A stretch of 6,337 nucleotides of DNA from Octopus sinensis (taxonomy: Eukaryota), in the NCBI RefSeq assembly GCF_006345805.1, contig NW_021829389.1, positions 1-6,337 of the forward strand, read 5' to 3'. Positions 6,125 to 6,337 of the stretch are shown here, in pieces. The notes under the pieces are model-generated. The model was not told the origin of the DNA. It did not search any database and saw only the letters and a program-made list of their open reading frames with translations. The translations under genes were made by a program, and so were the position numbers. Position 1 is the first letter of the stretch. Each line of letters begins with the position of its first letter.

Positions 6125-6337
6125 TAGCTTTCATTACCATATCTATAGGTTTTAGTTGATGCTTTGTAGTTGCTGTTGCAACTGCACCATAGAGGTCTTG
6201 ACATTTTTTCTCCATTTTCTTATCCATTACTAGTTGACACGCAAGAATAAGAGAGTAATCTTTTTCTTCAATTTTATCTGCATCATGTCTTAGATTTATA
6301 ATCCTGTGGCATTCTTCTGCTACTGCCTGTTGAGTTA

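Noticed and set aside
5930-6127. 65-aa + strand ORF
   Set aside because: It is the antisense of the RTE fragment, whose minus-strand translation carries the recognisable motifs.
6330-6337. TTGAGTTA at the window edge resembling the start of the expected right TIR (TTGAGTAACACTG)
   Set aside because: Only 7 of 8 bases match and the window ends there, so it cannot be distinguished from chance without downstream sequence.

Overview
This is eukaryotic (animal) genomic DNA: an AT-rich intron region packed with transposable elements around one host coding exon. From 5' to 3': (1) the 3' ~2.9 kb of a young-looking CR1-group LINE (APE endonuclease + RT ORF2, open from base 1 to 2202, one frameshift near 2190-2200, a perfect 43-bp duplication at the ORF end, a hairpin-containing 3'UTR and an 11-bp tandem tail) that runs into an interrupted (TA)n tract; (2) an unassigned ~125-bp spacer; (3) a 5'-truncated, decayed Tx1/L1-clade LINE (partial RT + CCHC knuckle) ending in AATAAA-(CT)n; (4) a perfect (TA)32 tract 25 nt upstream of a splice-acceptor AG; (5) a 160-nt exon of a TRPM-like channel N-terminal domain (LDPNHTHFILVDDGT motif, AG/GTAAGT boundaries), missed by the ORF track; (6) one end of a hAT/Charlie-like DNA transposon with palindromic subterminal repeats; (7) a ~200-bp antisense RTE-clade LINE fragment, also missed by the ORF track. 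The element mix reminds me of octopus/cephalopod genomes, but that is recollection and not verified. I find no support for a wholly new biological system. The best leads are possible microsatellite targeting by the LINEs, a divergent TRPM-like paralog, and possible effects of the insertions on host splicing or polyadenylation.
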